A stretch of 64,000 nucleotides of DNA from an uncultured Chloroflexia bacterium (GCA_963752475.1 CAVVYR010000004.1:32001-96000); one strand, 5' to 3'; shown: positions 46,707-56,920, counted from the first letter of the stretch. The notes: generated by a model from the letters alone, not told the origin. Made by a program: numbers and translations.

Positions 46707-49700
46707 ATGACGTCAACCCGAGGTCTCTACGAACGACTGATCTCCGAAGAGCTTGAGGAGGAGCTTGCTCACCTTTCTGACAGGCTGACGATCCAGCGAG
46801 AAGCGATCGATCCGGCCGAGGCCGCTGATCGTCTCGCCCTCTACATCGGACGACTAGTGGCCCGGACCATCGACGGCATTGGGGAAGCCGACCGTCTGGA
46901 CCGAGGGCTTGAGCTCGCGAAGGCGGTGATCGCCACCATGGCGCGTGAGCTTGATGATCGAGCGATTGAGCTGTACACACCCGTCCACGCCGAGACACTG
47001 CTGCGGGCGATCGCTCGTCTTCGACCAGATGGTTCTCCGGAGTCGATCCGAACCCCGGACATCCCGCTCCTCGACACCACCCTGCTCACCAACTCTCCAG
47101 GGGAGACATCCCTTCGGCATCAGATCCTGACCGAGATTGACAGCGCCGACCGGATTGACCTGGTGATGGCGTTCATCCGTCGCAGCGGTACGAGGCCATT
47201 CGTCGATGCGCTGAGGAACCACTGCACGGAGGGTCGGGGCCTCCGAGTTCTCACGACCACGTACACCGGCTCAACGGAGCAGAGGGCCCTCGAGGACCTT
47301 CAGCGCCTCGGCGCGGACATTCGCGTGTCGTATGACAGGAGCTCCACGCGCCTCCACGCGAAGGCATGGGTCTTCACTCGTGAGACCGGATACTCAACGG
47401 CCTACGTGGGATCGTCGAACCTGACCCATTCCGCACAGGTCACCGGACTCGAGTGGAACGTCCGGGCTTCCGAGGCCCGCAACCCGGATGTACTCCAGAA
47501 GATCGCGGCGGTGTTCTCGTCGTACTGGGAGAGCAGCGACTTCGAGCCGTTCGATCCAGACGACTTCCAGGCGCGTACCCAAACGGCTCATGAAGAAACG
47601 GGTACGTGGCTTTCGCCTGTCGAAATCCGACTGGAGCCATTCCAAGAGCGCCTGCTGGAAGAGATAGAGGTCGCTCGTGGACGCGGTCAACACCGCAACC
47701 TCCTCGTGGCGGCGACGGGCACCGGCAAGACCGTCATGGCAGCCGTTGACTACGCTCGACTACGAGAACGCTTGTCGCGCGATCGCATCCTTTTCCTGGC
47801 TCATCGCAAGGAGATCCTTCAGCAAAGCCTCGGCACCTACCGCCACGCGCTTAGGGAGCCGAGTTTCGGGGAGCTCTGGGTGGGCGGGCGCAGGCCAGTT
47901 CACTGGAAGCACGTCTTTGCGTCCGTGCAGAGCTTGAGACAGGCGGACTTGACACTGTTTCCGTCTGACCACTTCGACGTCGTGGTGGTGGATGAGTTCC
48001 ACCACGCAGCTGCGAAGTCTTATCAAGTCGTCCTCGATCACGTTCAGCCGAAGGAACTGCTCGGTCTCACGGCGACGCCCGAGCGCGCCGACGGCCTCCC
48101 GATCTTCGACTGGTTCGAGGGACGAAATCTCGGCCGAGCTTCGCCTGTGGGACGCGATCGATCAACACCGGCTCGTGCCGTTCGTCTACTACGGCATTCA
48201 CGACACCCTCGATCTTCGGGAGATCCCTTGGCGGCGCGGCCGCGGCTACGACATCGAAGGCCTGACGAACGTGTACACGGCCGATGACGCCTGGGCCCGA
48301 TTGGTGCTGCGACAACTGGAGCAGCATGTCGACAGGATCGAGGACATCCGCTGCCTGGGTTTCTGCGTGAGCATCGAGCATGCGAGGTTCATGGCGCGAG
48401 TCTTCAACGAAGCCGGCGTGGCTGCCACAGCCGTCTGGGGTGAGTCGACCGTAGAAGAGCGTGATGGCGCCCTGGAGGCCCTCCGACGCGGCGAGATCAA
48501 CGTCTTGTTCTCTGTGGACCTCTTCAACGAGGGTGTCGACCTGCCTAGAGTCGACACCCTCCTCCTGCTGCGACCGACAGACAGCGCCACGCTGTTCCTG
48601 CAACAGTTGGGACGCGGGCTGCGTCGGTCGAGAGACAAGGCCAGCTGTCTCGTTCTGGATTTCGTCGGCCAACACCGACGAGAGTTCCGCTTCGACAGGC
48701 GACTACGCGCCCTCCTCGGTGGCTCGCGCAAGCATGTCGAACACCAGGTAGAGGAGGGTTTCCCCTTCCTCCCGGCCGGCTGTCACATGGAACTCGATCG
48801 TGAATCGAGCGAGATAGTCCTGGATAACATTCGACGAGCTGTTCCCTCACACTGGGATGCCAAGGCGGAGGAACTGCGTCGCCTGCGCGAGGAGGGTCGT
48901 GGCGACCTCACCGCATTCCTGGAGGACAGCGGCCTAGAACTCGAGGACGTCTATGCGGGCACGAAGAGTTGGTCGGATCTCCTGAAGGACTCAGGCGGCT
49001 CGCTTCTTGAAAGTGGCCCTGCGGAGTCTGCGCTACGCCGATCGTGTGGACGCATGCTTCACGTCGACGATCGCGAGCGGCTGGGAGCCTACCGCCAGCT
49101 ACTGCAGCAGGACAGGCCGCCTACGTTTGGGGAGAGGAGCGATCGACCTGCTCGGCTCGCCCGAATGCTGGTGTCGTCGTTGTTGAACAAGGCGATCAGC
49201 AAGGGAGCAACGCTCGACGAAGGCCTGGCACTGATCTGGGATCATCCGCAAGTCCGTGCGGAGCTGTCAGAGTTGTTTGCATTCCTCGCCGACCGGATCG
49301 ATCACCAACACTTCCGGCTCTCAAGCCATCCGAACGTTCCTTTGCAGGTTCACGCACGCTACACGCGCCTCGAGATCCTCGCCGCCTTCCAACACCGAAA
49401 CAGAGCGAAGGCGCCACCATGGCAAACCGGAGTCCAGTGGGTTGAGGAGGAGAGAGCAGACCTGCTTGCCTTCACTCTGGACAAGACGAACGGACGGTTC
49501 TCGCCGACGACTCGCTATCGCGACTACGCGATCAGTCCAGATCTCATCCACTGGGAGAGTCAGTCGGTGACACGTGCAGATTCGGAAACAGGCCTGCGCT
49601 ATCAGCACCACCGAGAACAGGGATCTGCCGTGATGTTGTTCGCGAGGCTGCAACAGAACGAAAGGGCGTTCTGGTTCTTGGGGCCCGGCACCTATGTCGG

Positions 49701-49794
49701 CCACGAAGGGGAGCGACCGATGGCAGTGACCTGGCGGCTTGAGCGGTCCCTGCCGGGAGATCTCTTCAACTCGTTCGCGGCCGCCGTCGCCTGA
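46707..49794 (+). CDS. PLD nuclease - SF2 helicase - DUF3427 protein (SauUSI-like type IV restriction enzyme); apparent extra A near 48125
   Basis: RLHAK...GSSNLT, AATGTGKT, VDEFHH, LTATPER, DLFNEGVD, QQLGRGLR and YRDYAISPDLIHWESQS; the two frames join at FEGR/ISAELRL; less GC-biased codons. Confidence 0.87.
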
Positions 49795-49796
49795 GC

Positions 49797-50948
49797 TTAG
49801 GCCGACTCCCTCGCCTGCCGCGCCCGGTCGACGGGTACGGACAGCAGCGCGATGCCGACGCACACCGCCGGCACCAGCAGCCACGCTGAGCCGATGTCGC
49901 TGAAGTCAGCGATGACACCGAGAAGCAACGGCGCCACCAGGATGGCCAGACCTGCCGCGAGCACTAGACGTGCCGAGGCCGCCGCTGGTGCCTCGGGCGC
50001 AGTAGCGAGCGTGATGGCCGCACACGGCGGATAGAGGATCCCGACGCCGAAGCCGGCCACCGCCATCGCTGCCGCGCTCAACGCCCACGCCCCCGAGAGC
50101 CACACGACCAGCACCGCCACGAACGTCAGCGCCAGCCCGCCGCGGATGATCCACATCGCCTCCAGCCGACCCGCCGCCGGCATCGACATCACTGCCCGCC
50201 CCGCGATCATGCCCGCGATGAAGGCCGAGATCGTGAGCGTGGCATCGGCCAGTGACTCGCCCGTCTGCGCCGCCACCAGCGACCCGCCCCACACGACCAC
50301 GAAGAACTCGAGCCCGATGACCGACACCGTCAGCAGCCACGGCAGCCAGTAGGCCCTCGGCAACCGCTCCAGCTCCCGGCTCTCCACCACCGAGGGTTCG
50401 GCCGAGCGCGACCACCAGACCAGCACCGCCAGCAGCACCAGCACCGGCACGACCACGAACTGCCAGTCGAACCCGACCGCTGCCCCCACCGCGATGGCCA
50501 CCGGCGCCATCAACTGCGAGGCCTTGGCCACGAACGCCCCCCGCGTCAACCGCAAGCGAGCCACCGAGCCCCCGCCGGCCCCGAGTGTATGGGTCACGTG
50601 CCCGAACATCGTCCCCGCCCCCAGGCCCACGCCGAGCGATGCCGCCAACGTCACCGCCACCCCCGGCGCCCACGCCAGCAACAACAGCGAGACCGCAAGC
50701 AGCCCCATCGCCAGCAGGTGCATCCGACGCACCCCGCCCAACCCATCGAACCGCTCCCCGGCCACGCCGGCCACGATCATCCCGACGGCCATCGCCGATG
50801 AGTGCAGCCCGGCTTGCGTCTCGGACAGCGACAGTGCCGCCGCGATGAAGGCAGCCGAAGCCCCCACCACGTAGAAGCTGTAGCTGATCGCGGCCTGGTC
50901 GACGTAGGCACGCCGGACGGCAGGGTGGGGCGCATGAGTGGAGCTCAC
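49797..50948 (-). CDS. MFS transporter
   Basis: About 12 hydrophobic helices; PLLLGVIADFS motif. Confidence 0.85.
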   Translation of the reverse strand: MSSTHAPHPAVRRAYVDQAAISYSFYVVGASAAFIAAALSLSETQAGLHSSAMAVGMIVAGVAGERFDGLGGVRRMHLLAMGLLAVSLLLLAWAPGVAVTLAASLGVGLGAGTMFGHVTHTLGAGGGSVARLRLTRGAFVAKASQLMAPVAIAVGAAVGFDWQFVVVPVLVLLAVLVWWSRSAEPSVVESRELERLPRAYWLPWLLTVSVIGLEFFVVVWGGSLVAAQTGESLADATLTISAFIAGMIAGRAVMSMPAAGRLEAMWIIRGGLALTFVAVLVVWLSGAWALSAAAMAVAGFGVGILYPPCAAITLATAPEAPAAASARLVLAAGLAILVAPLLLGVIADFSDIGSAWLLVPAVCVGIALLSVPVDRARQARESA

Positions 50949-51048
50949 ACCCTGACCCTACGCGCCATCCACAGCCACCCGCAGGGCCACAAAGCACCGA
51001 TAAGCGCGAGAGGAGTCCCGGCCAAGGACCCCTCGTCACAGTGGCGCC

Positions 51049-51705
51049 ATGACCACCTACGACGAGCCCCTGGTCGAGACCGCACCGGTCGAAGAGGTCC
51101 TCGCGGCCATCGAATCGGCCGACCTCGACGCACCCTGGGAGGAGCTGGCCCCGAACCTGCGCGTCGCCCTCCCCCGCCGCCGTGACCTGCCAGTGCCCAA
51201 CGAGGACCTGCCCAGGCGTGTGTACCCGCCTGGCATCGAGGCCGTGCTCGGCCTCGATATCGGTCCGGCCATGCTCTTTGTCCCGCACCAGCAGCTGGCC
51301 AAGTGGGAAGTCAGCGTGGACGAAGCCTTCGATCGCGCGCTCGACAACGTCCGCGAACAGGTCGCCGCGCGCAAGCAGTTCGCGCTCATCCACGAGCGCA
51401 TCGCCGATGTGCCCACGCTGGCCTTCCAGTCACGCGACGGTTGGGCATCGCAGCTTCTGCTCCTGCCAGACGAGCTCGTCCGTGTCGTCGGTGATCGCAA
51501 CGGCCTCGTCCTCGCGCCCATGCGCGACCTCGTCATCTGCCTCCCGCTCGACGTGGAGCGCGAGTTCGCCAACTGGCTGCTCGAGGAGTTCGCCGAGGTC
51601 GACATGAACGCGCTCGACATCCCGCCCCTGGCCCTCGTCGACGGCCATCTCGGCCAAGCCGTCGGCGTGCCTGCATCCCTCCGGAGAACCGCCGTCGCCC
51701 ACTAG
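51049..51705 (+). CDS. Hypothetical protein (DUF1444-like)
   Basis: D..PAMLFV..QQLAKWEVS.DEAFDRALDNV and LAPMRDLV patterns. Confidence 0.6.
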   Translation: MTTYDEPLVETAPVEEVLAAIESADLDAPWEELAPNLRVALPRRRDLPVPNEDLPRRVYPPGIEAVLGLDIGPAMLFVPHQQLAKWEVSVDEAFDRALDNVREQVAARKQFALIHERIADVPTLAFQSRDGWASQLLLLPDELVRVVGDRNGLVLAPMRDLVICLPLDVEREFANWLLEEFAEVDMNALDIPPLALVDGHLGQAVGVPASLRRTAVAH

Positions 51706-51711
51706 GCCCGC

Positions 51712-51729
51712 TATAGCATCGATGCTATA
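51712..51729. promoter_or_regulatory. Perfect 18-bp palindrome, probable antitoxin operator
   Basis: TATAGCATCGATGCTATA immediately upstream of the toxin gene. Confidence 0.75.
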
Positions 51730-51744
51730 TTCCAGAACGTCGGC

Positions 51745-52101
51745 GTGACCCGACACCAACGCTTCGACGTCCGCGTGGCACCGGAGGTCGAGAAACGGAT
51801 GCTGGACCTGGCGGAGCGTTCAGGAGCCGCCAGGGTCGAGTCTCGGCACATCAGGGCGGCCCTCTTGCTCCTGGGGTCCATGGGTACGCGAGCGCACGGC
51901 GCAAAGAAGCTGAAGTCGCTCGAGCTGTGGGAGATACGCGCTGGACGGCATCGTCTGTTCTTCACACTGGTGCCCGGCACCAGGCGGCTGGCTGTCGGAG
52001 CACTCATCGCGAAGGACGCACGGAGGATCAGGATGACCAGGCTGAAGCTCATCGAGCGAAAGGTCCACCTGTGGCGCGCCAAGGTACGGGCGGACCGATG
52101 A
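51745..52101 (+). CDS. RelE/HigB-like toxin
   Basis: Basic protein with AKKLKSLELWEIRAGRHRLFF; upstream of an XRE gene in toxin-first order. Confidence 0.75.
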   Translation: MTRHQRFDVRVAPEVEKRMLDLAERSGAARVESRHIRAALLLLGSMGTRAHGAKKLKSLELWEIRAGRHRLFFTLVPGTRRLAVGALIAKDARRIRMTRLKLIERKVHLWRAKVRADR

Positions 52102-52490
52102 AGCTGGCCGACCTTGACGCACGACTGCTGGCGATCCCCGGATTCAAGGAGGGCTTCGACGAGTCCTATCCCTACTTCGACCTCGCGCTCCAGATCGGGG
52201 GGCTGCGTGCGGACATGGACATGACGCAGACCGAGTTCGGGCGCCTTGTCGGCGTGCCACAGTCGACGATCGCGCGGCTCGAATCGGGCAGGCAGGCACC
52301 GAGCGTCGCGACGCTCAAGCGCATCGCTGTGGCCACCGATACCGAACTGATCGTCGAGTTCCGTCGGCCCAAGCGGAAGCGGCGAGCGAAGTCAGCGAAG
52401 GCTGCGTCATCATCCGCGGGCAACGCACACCCGAGCGAGCCGCTGGCCGCATCCGGCACCGACGATCGACGAGGAGGGGGCGACCGATGA
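52098..52490 (+). CDS. XRE HTH antitoxin (HigA-like)
   Basis: MTQTEFGRLVGVPQSTIARLESG..PSVATLKRIA; ATGA overlap with the toxin gene. Confidence 0.85.
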   Translation: MKLADLDARLLAIPGFKEGFDESYPYFDLALQIGGLRADMDMTQTEFGRLVGVPQSTIARLESGRQAPSVATLKRIAVATDTELIVEFRRPKRKRRAKSAKAASSSAGNAHPSEPLAASGTDDRRGGGDR

Positions 52491-53149
52491 CCCACGACGA
52501 AGCCGTCCGAACCGCCGTCTACCGAGGCTACGTAGACGATGGCCGACCACCGAGCATCGAGGAGATGGCCGTCGAGCTCGCGCTCAGCGCCGATGCCGTC
52601 CGCGATGCACTCCACGCCCTGAGCGTGGCCCGGCACGTCGTCCTGCGCGACGACGAGATCGTCATGGCCCACCCCTTCGCCTCGATCCCGCTCGGGTTCA
52701 GCGTCATGGGCACCGACACGCTCTGGTGGGGTGGCTGCGCCTGGGACTCGTTCGCCATCCCGCAGCTCTGCCCGGACGACCCGGAGGTCCTCGTGGCCAC
52801 GCAATGCCCCGGCTGCGGCAAGCCGCTCTCGTGGGTCGTCAATCGCGAGGCGCCGCCGGTCGGCGATGAGGTCGCCCACTTCCTCGTGCCCATGCATGAG
52901 TGCTGGGACGACGTCGTCCACACCTGCAACAACCAACGGCTGTTCTGCTCGGTCGAGTGCGTCCAGCGCTGGACCGAGTCGAGCGGTGTCGAGCCCGGCT
53001 ACGTCATGGACCTGGCCACGCTCTGGCGCTTGGCCGCCCATTGGTACGACGGCCGCCTCGAGCACGGCTACGAGCGCCGCGAGCCCGTCCGGGCGCTCGA
53101 CTACTTCCGCTCGGTCGGTCTCTCGGGCCCGTTCTGGGGGCTCGAATGA
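52487..53149 (+). CDS. Organomercurial lyase (MerB)-family protein
   Basis: MAHPF, CAWDSFAI, CPGCG and CNNQRLFCS motifs. Confidence 0.8.
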   Translation: MTHDEAVRTAVYRGYVDDGRPPSIEEMAVELALSADAVRDALHALSVARHVVLRDDEIVMAHPFASIPLGFSVMGTDTLWWGGCAWDSFAIPQLCPDDPEVLVATQCPGCGKPLSWVVNREAPPVGDEVAHFLVPMHECWDDVVHTCNNQRLFCSVECVQRWTESSGVEPGYVMDLATLWRLAAHWYDGRLEHGYERREPVRALDYFRSVGLSGPFWGLE

Positions 53150-53913
53150 GCGTCGACCTGGAGGCCATCCTCGGCGAGGCCTTCTTCGAGCTCCATCGCG
53201 ACATGCCGCGTCAGGGTCCCGGTGACGATGCCTCGACGCTGCGGGCACTCGGGATGTGCACGAAGCTGCCCGACCAGCCGGAGATCCTGGACATCGGCTG
53301 CGGGCCAGGCATGCAGACGCTGGCCCTGGCCAGTGCCACCGACGGCGTCATCACCGCGGTCGACGTGCACGAGCCATTCCTCGGCCAGCTACGGGAGAGC
53401 GCGGCTGCGGCAGGAGTCGGCGAGCGCATCGCGACGGTCTCGGCCGACATGGGCGCCCTGCCCTTCGAGCCGTCGTCGTTCGACCTGGTCTGGTGCGAAG
53501 GCGCGATGTTCATCATCGGCATCGAGACCGGGCTCGAGGCGTGGCGTCCGCTGGTGCGTCCGGGTGGCTACCTCGCCTTCTCCGACCTCATGTGGCTGGT
53601 GCCCGATCCGCCCGAGGAGGCCCGCGCATTCCTCACACCGCTCGACCCCAGCCTTACCACGGTAGCCGGCAACCTCGAGCGGGTTCGAGCGGCGGGCTAC
53701 GACGTGGTCGGCCACTTCACCTTGCCCGACGAGGCGTGGTGGACCGACTACTACGATCCGCTGACCGAACGCATCCCTGCCGCGCGCGAGAAGTACGCGA
53801 ACGACGAGGCCGCGCTGGCCACCATCGGGCAGCAGGCTGATGAGCAGGTGATACGGCAGAAATACCCCGACGCCTACGGCTACGAGTTCATCGTGGCTCG
53901 CCCGAAGTCATGA
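53146..53913 (+). CDS. Class I SAM-dependent methyltransferase (paralog 1)
   Basis: PRQGPGDD, LDIGCGPG, FDLVWCEGA and YGYEFIVAR. Confidence 0.92.
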   Translation: MSVDLEAILGEAFFELHRDMPRQGPGDDASTLRALGMCTKLPDQPEILDIGCGPGMQTLALASATDGVITAVDVHEPFLGQLRESAAAAGVGERIATVSADMGALPFEPSSFDLVWCEGAMFIIGIETGLEAWRPLVRPGGYLAFSDLMWLVPDPPEEARAFLTPLDPSLTTVAGNLERVRAAGYDVVGHFTLPDEAWWTDYYDPLTERIPAAREKYANDEAALATIGQQADEQVIRQKYPDAYGYEFIVARPKS

Positions 53914-54669
53914 GCGACGTCGACGGCTTCCATCCGGTCTTCTTCGAACTTCACAGCGGGCTGCCGCGTGAGGGCCCCGGCGATGACGAGTCGACCCTTC
54001 GCGCCCTGAGTCGCTGCACCGAGCTGCCCGAGCGTCCGGACATCCTCGACGTGGGCTGTGGTCCGGGTATGCAGACGCTGGCGCTGTTAGGCGCGACGAA
54101 CGGGACGATGACCGCGGTCGATTATCTACCAGCAGTTCCTCGACCAGCTGGCGGAGAGCGCGCATGCGACCGGTATCGGCGAGCGCCTGCGCATCGTGCG
54201 CGGCGACATGAACGACCTGCCCTTCGAGCCTGACTCGTTCGACCTCATCTGGTCCGAGGGCGCGGCCTACATCATGGGCATCAGCGAGGCCTTCACGAAG
54301 TGGCGCGAGTTCCTGCGGCCGCGCGGCTACATCGTCGTGACCGAGGTCAGCTGGCTCGTCGAGGACGTCCCCGACGAGGTCTACCACCTGTTCCACGACC
54401 AGTATCCGGGCGTCACCGACATCGCCGGCAACCTGTCCCGGATCGAGGCCTGCGGCTACGAGATCGTGGACCACTTCACCCTGCCGGCCGAGTCGTGGTG
54501 GACGCACTACCAGACCCCGCTGGAAGCGAAGTTCCCGGCCCTGCGCGAGAAGTACGCCGACGACCCGGCGGCGCTAGCCGTCGTCGAAGAAGCTGCCGCC
54601 GAGCACCGCATCTGCCGCGAGTACCCAGGCACCTACGGCTACGAGTTCTACATCGCCCGAGCGGAGTGA
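53910..54669 (+). CDS. Class I SAM-dependent methyltransferase (paralog 2); apparent extra T near 54122
   Basis: ORFs 53910-54233 and 54196-54669 join at AVD/IYQQFL to give a full paralog. Confidence 0.85.
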
Positions 54670-54673
54670 GCAC

Positions 54674-54695
54674 TAATGCGGCATTGCAGTAATGC
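54674..54695. promoter_or_regulatory. Alternating palindrome, probable AbrB-type antitoxin operator
   Basis: AATGC-G-GCATT overlapping GCATTGC-A-GTAATGC. Confidence 0.6.
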
Positions 54696-54718
54696 TGTGA
54701 AGCGGCTAGCCTGAGCTG

Positions 54719-55015
54719 ATGAAGAGCTACCACGTCTCGGTGCAATCACGCGGAACCATCGCCCTGCCCGCCGAGTTGCGACGCCGACACCATCTCGACG
54801 AACCCGGCGCTCAAGTCCAGATCGTCGAGCGGGAGGATGGTTCGATCGAGTTGCGGCCGATGCTGCCCGTGCCGGCCGACCAGCGCTGGTTCTGGACCGA
54901 GCGCTGGCAGGCCATGGAGCGGGAGGCCGACGAGGACATCGCGGCCGGGCGGGTATCGCGGGCCATGGACGTCGACGAATTCCTTGAGAGCATCCGGCAG
55001 ATCCGCGACGATTGA
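54719..55015 (+). CDS. AbrB/MazE/SpoVT-family antitoxin
   Basis: RGTIALPAELRR...IELRP..DQRWFWTERWQAMEREADEDIAAGRV. Confidence 0.88.
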   Translation: MKSYHVSVQSRGTIALPAELRRRHHLDEPGAQVQIVEREDGSIELRPMLPVPADQRWFWTERWQAMEREADEDIAAGRVSRAMDVDEFLESIRQIRDD

Positions 55016-55323
55016 AGCACCAGCAACTGCAGACGTTCATTCGGGACCTCCGTCGGCTCAGCCAGGCCGAGCGAGACACGTTCGTCCAGGTCGTGGGTGA
55101 GGTGTTCCACCCTGCGTGTGAACGGTTCGCCGAGGATCCCTCGACTCCCTGGCCACGAGGCCTGCGTGTCAAGCGCGTCCAGGGCTATCCCGGTGTCTGG
55201 GAGATGACCTGGAGCTTCGCTGGTCCTGACGGCCGCGCGACCTTCGAGTGGATCGAGGTCGACGGCGATCTGGCCATTCGGTGGCGGCGTATCGGTGGAC
55301 ACGAGATCTTCGGTCGCCCTTAG
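55012..55323 (+). CDS. Putative RelE-like toxin
   Basis: F.RDLRRLS and LRVKRVQGYPGVWEMTW....GRATF; overlaps the antitoxin stop codon. Confidence 0.72.
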   Translation: MKHQQLQTFIRDLRRLSQAERDTFVQVVGEVFHPACERFAEDPSTPWPRGLRVKRVQGYPGVWEMTWSFAGPDGRATFEWIEVDGDLAIRWRRIGGHEIFGRP

Positions 55324-55363
55324 GGCTCGGTAGCCGCGACCCGTCCCGTGGCACCATCTGCGT

Positions 55364-56194
55364 ATGAGCCGGCGTTTCCTGGTGGCGCGCAACCCCGATC
55401 CGGCAAGCACGCTGCCGTACCTTCTGCTCGTACCGGTCGGCGATGGCCTGGCGCTCAAGGCGCGAGACACCTGGCCACGAACCAGCCGCGTGTACTGTCA
55501 CCGCCTCGACGAGTGGCCGGAGGATGCCGAGATCATCGAGGATGTCCCCGTGCTGGAGTGCCGTCGGCGCGGGGTCGCAGTCGACCTGGTCCTCGACCGC
55601 AAGCGTGAGTACCGCTCACAGTTCGTCTTCACACGCATGGCCGGCGGTCGCGAGGGCATCTTCTGGCAGACGCGCAAGGTGGCGTCCACCGCTCGTCCGG
55701 GCGCCCGCATCCCCGGCCGGCGTATCAGTGACCTGCCGGGCTCGCTCACCATCATGGTCGATACCCGCGAGCGCTACCCCTACCGTTTCAGCAAGCAGCA
55801 GGCTGAGACGGAGCGCCGAGCCCTGGCCGCAGGCGACTACGCCGTGTGTGACACCGACGGCACCATCGTGGCCGCGGTCGAGCGCAAGACCATCAACGAC
55901 CTCGCGGGCAGCCTCAACAACGGCTCCCTGGTGTTCGAGCTCGCCAAGCTCTCGAGCCTCCCGCGCTCGGCCGTGGTGGTGGAGGACCGTTACGCCTCGC
56001 TGCTCAAGCAGGAGTTCGCCCCGACGGGATACCTGCCGGACCTGCTGGCCCGCGTGCAGGTGCGCTACCCAGAGACGCCGGTCGTCTTCACCGAGACCCG
56101 GCCGCTGGCCGAGGAGTGGACGTTCCGCTGGCTGGGCGCGGTGCTCGCCGAACGCCTGGCCGAGGGCGATGCCTGGGGCGAGGATCCCGGCTGA
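55364..56194 (+). CDS. ERCC4/XPF-domain nuclease
   Basis: VDTRE, GDY and VERKT..DL catalytic motifs. Confidence 0.9.
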   Translation: MSRRFLVARNPDPASTLPYLLLVPVGDGLALKARDTWPRTSRVYCHRLDEWPEDAEIIEDVPVLECRRRGVAVDLVLDRKREYRSQFVFTRMAGGREGIFWQTRKVASTARPGARIPGRRISDLPGSLTIMVDTRERYPYRFSKQQAETERRALAAGDYAVCDTDGTIVAAVERKTINDLAGSLNNGSLVFELAKLSSLPRSAVVVEDRYASLLKQEFAPTGYLPDLLARVQVRYPETPVVFTETRPLAEEWTFRWLGAVLAERLAEGDAWGEDPG

Positions 56195-56197
56195 CGT

Positions 56198-56602
56198 TCA
56201 GTCGCTGGCACGCACTTCCACGAAGCCCGCGGCACTGAAGTCGCCGTCGAAGGCGAGTGCCTCGGTCAGTCGCTGCCGGCGCATGAGCGCGAAGCTGGTG
56301 GCGTCCACGAACGAGTAGACCCGTTCGTCGTGGCGTCGCAGCCAGGCGAACGCCTCCTCCTCGAGAGCCTCGTCTACGCGGACGACCCCGACACGACGGC
56401 TGTGCTCGACGCGGTCGACGAAGTCCACCGCCGCCTGATGACCGGCGCGCCGACGCATGAACGTCCACGTCTCACCGACCACGTGGTTGGAGGTGAGCAT
56501 GCCGCCGCCGTCAGCAGCCTCCCAGATCGCTCTGGCCTCTCTGTGGTGGGTATCGCGCCGGAACCCGAGTGCCACCCAGTACGAGGTGTCGACGAACCTC
56601 AC
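56198..56602 (-). CDS. vapC: VapC PIN-domain toxin
   Basis: FVDTS, GETWT, YSFVDATSF and FDGDF motifs. Confidence 0.92.
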   Translation of the reverse strand: MRFVDTSYWVALGFRRDTHHREARAIWEAADGGGMLTSNHVVGETWTFMRRRAGHQAAVDFVDRVEHSRRVGVVRVDEALEEEAFAWLRRHDERVYSFVDATSFALMRRQRLTEALAFDGDFSAAGFVEVRASD

Positions 56603-56820
56603 TCGCCGTACACCACGTCGTCGACATCGCCCGACTCAGCGTCCACAGCTCCGACCCACTCATCGAGCGGGTCGTCCGCGGTGTTCTCCGCGTAGTGCTC
56701 CGCGTAGTGCTCTCGAACTGCCGAGCGGATCAGAGCAGCCTTGGATGTGCCCTCGTGCAGCGCTCGGGTGGCGAGGAAGTCGTCCATCTGGTCATCGATA
56801 TAGATCTGCAGCCGTCGCAT
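56599..56820 (-). CDS. CopG/RHH antitoxin
   Basis: MRRLQIYID...SKAALIRSAV...DDVVYG; overlaps the vapC start. Confidence 0.88.
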   Translation of the reverse strand: MRRLQIYIDDQMDDFLATRALHEGTSKAALIRSAVREHYAEHYAENTADDPLDEWVGAVDAESGDVDDVVYGE

Positions 56821-56827
56821 GAGCGCA

Positions 56828-56856
56828 GTATACATCGCTACTATCGCTGTATACAT
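56828..56856. promoter_or_regulatory. Probable RHH operator
   Basis: Two GTATACAT copies 21 bp apart just upstream of the antitoxin start. Confidence 0.65.
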
Positions 56857-56920
56857 TACTACGTGCTCGCTGCCGGATCGACTGGCGCGCCGCCGTACGC
56901 GCCGGTACTCTCTGCGCTCG

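Noticed and set aside
50990-51020. dif site near the skew flip (CCGATAAG)
   Set aside because: No XerD arm (TTATGT) at the correct spacing.
52487-53149. Mercury-resistance operon
   Set aside because: No merA, merR or transport genes; stand-alone MerB-like proteins are not proof of Hg resistance.
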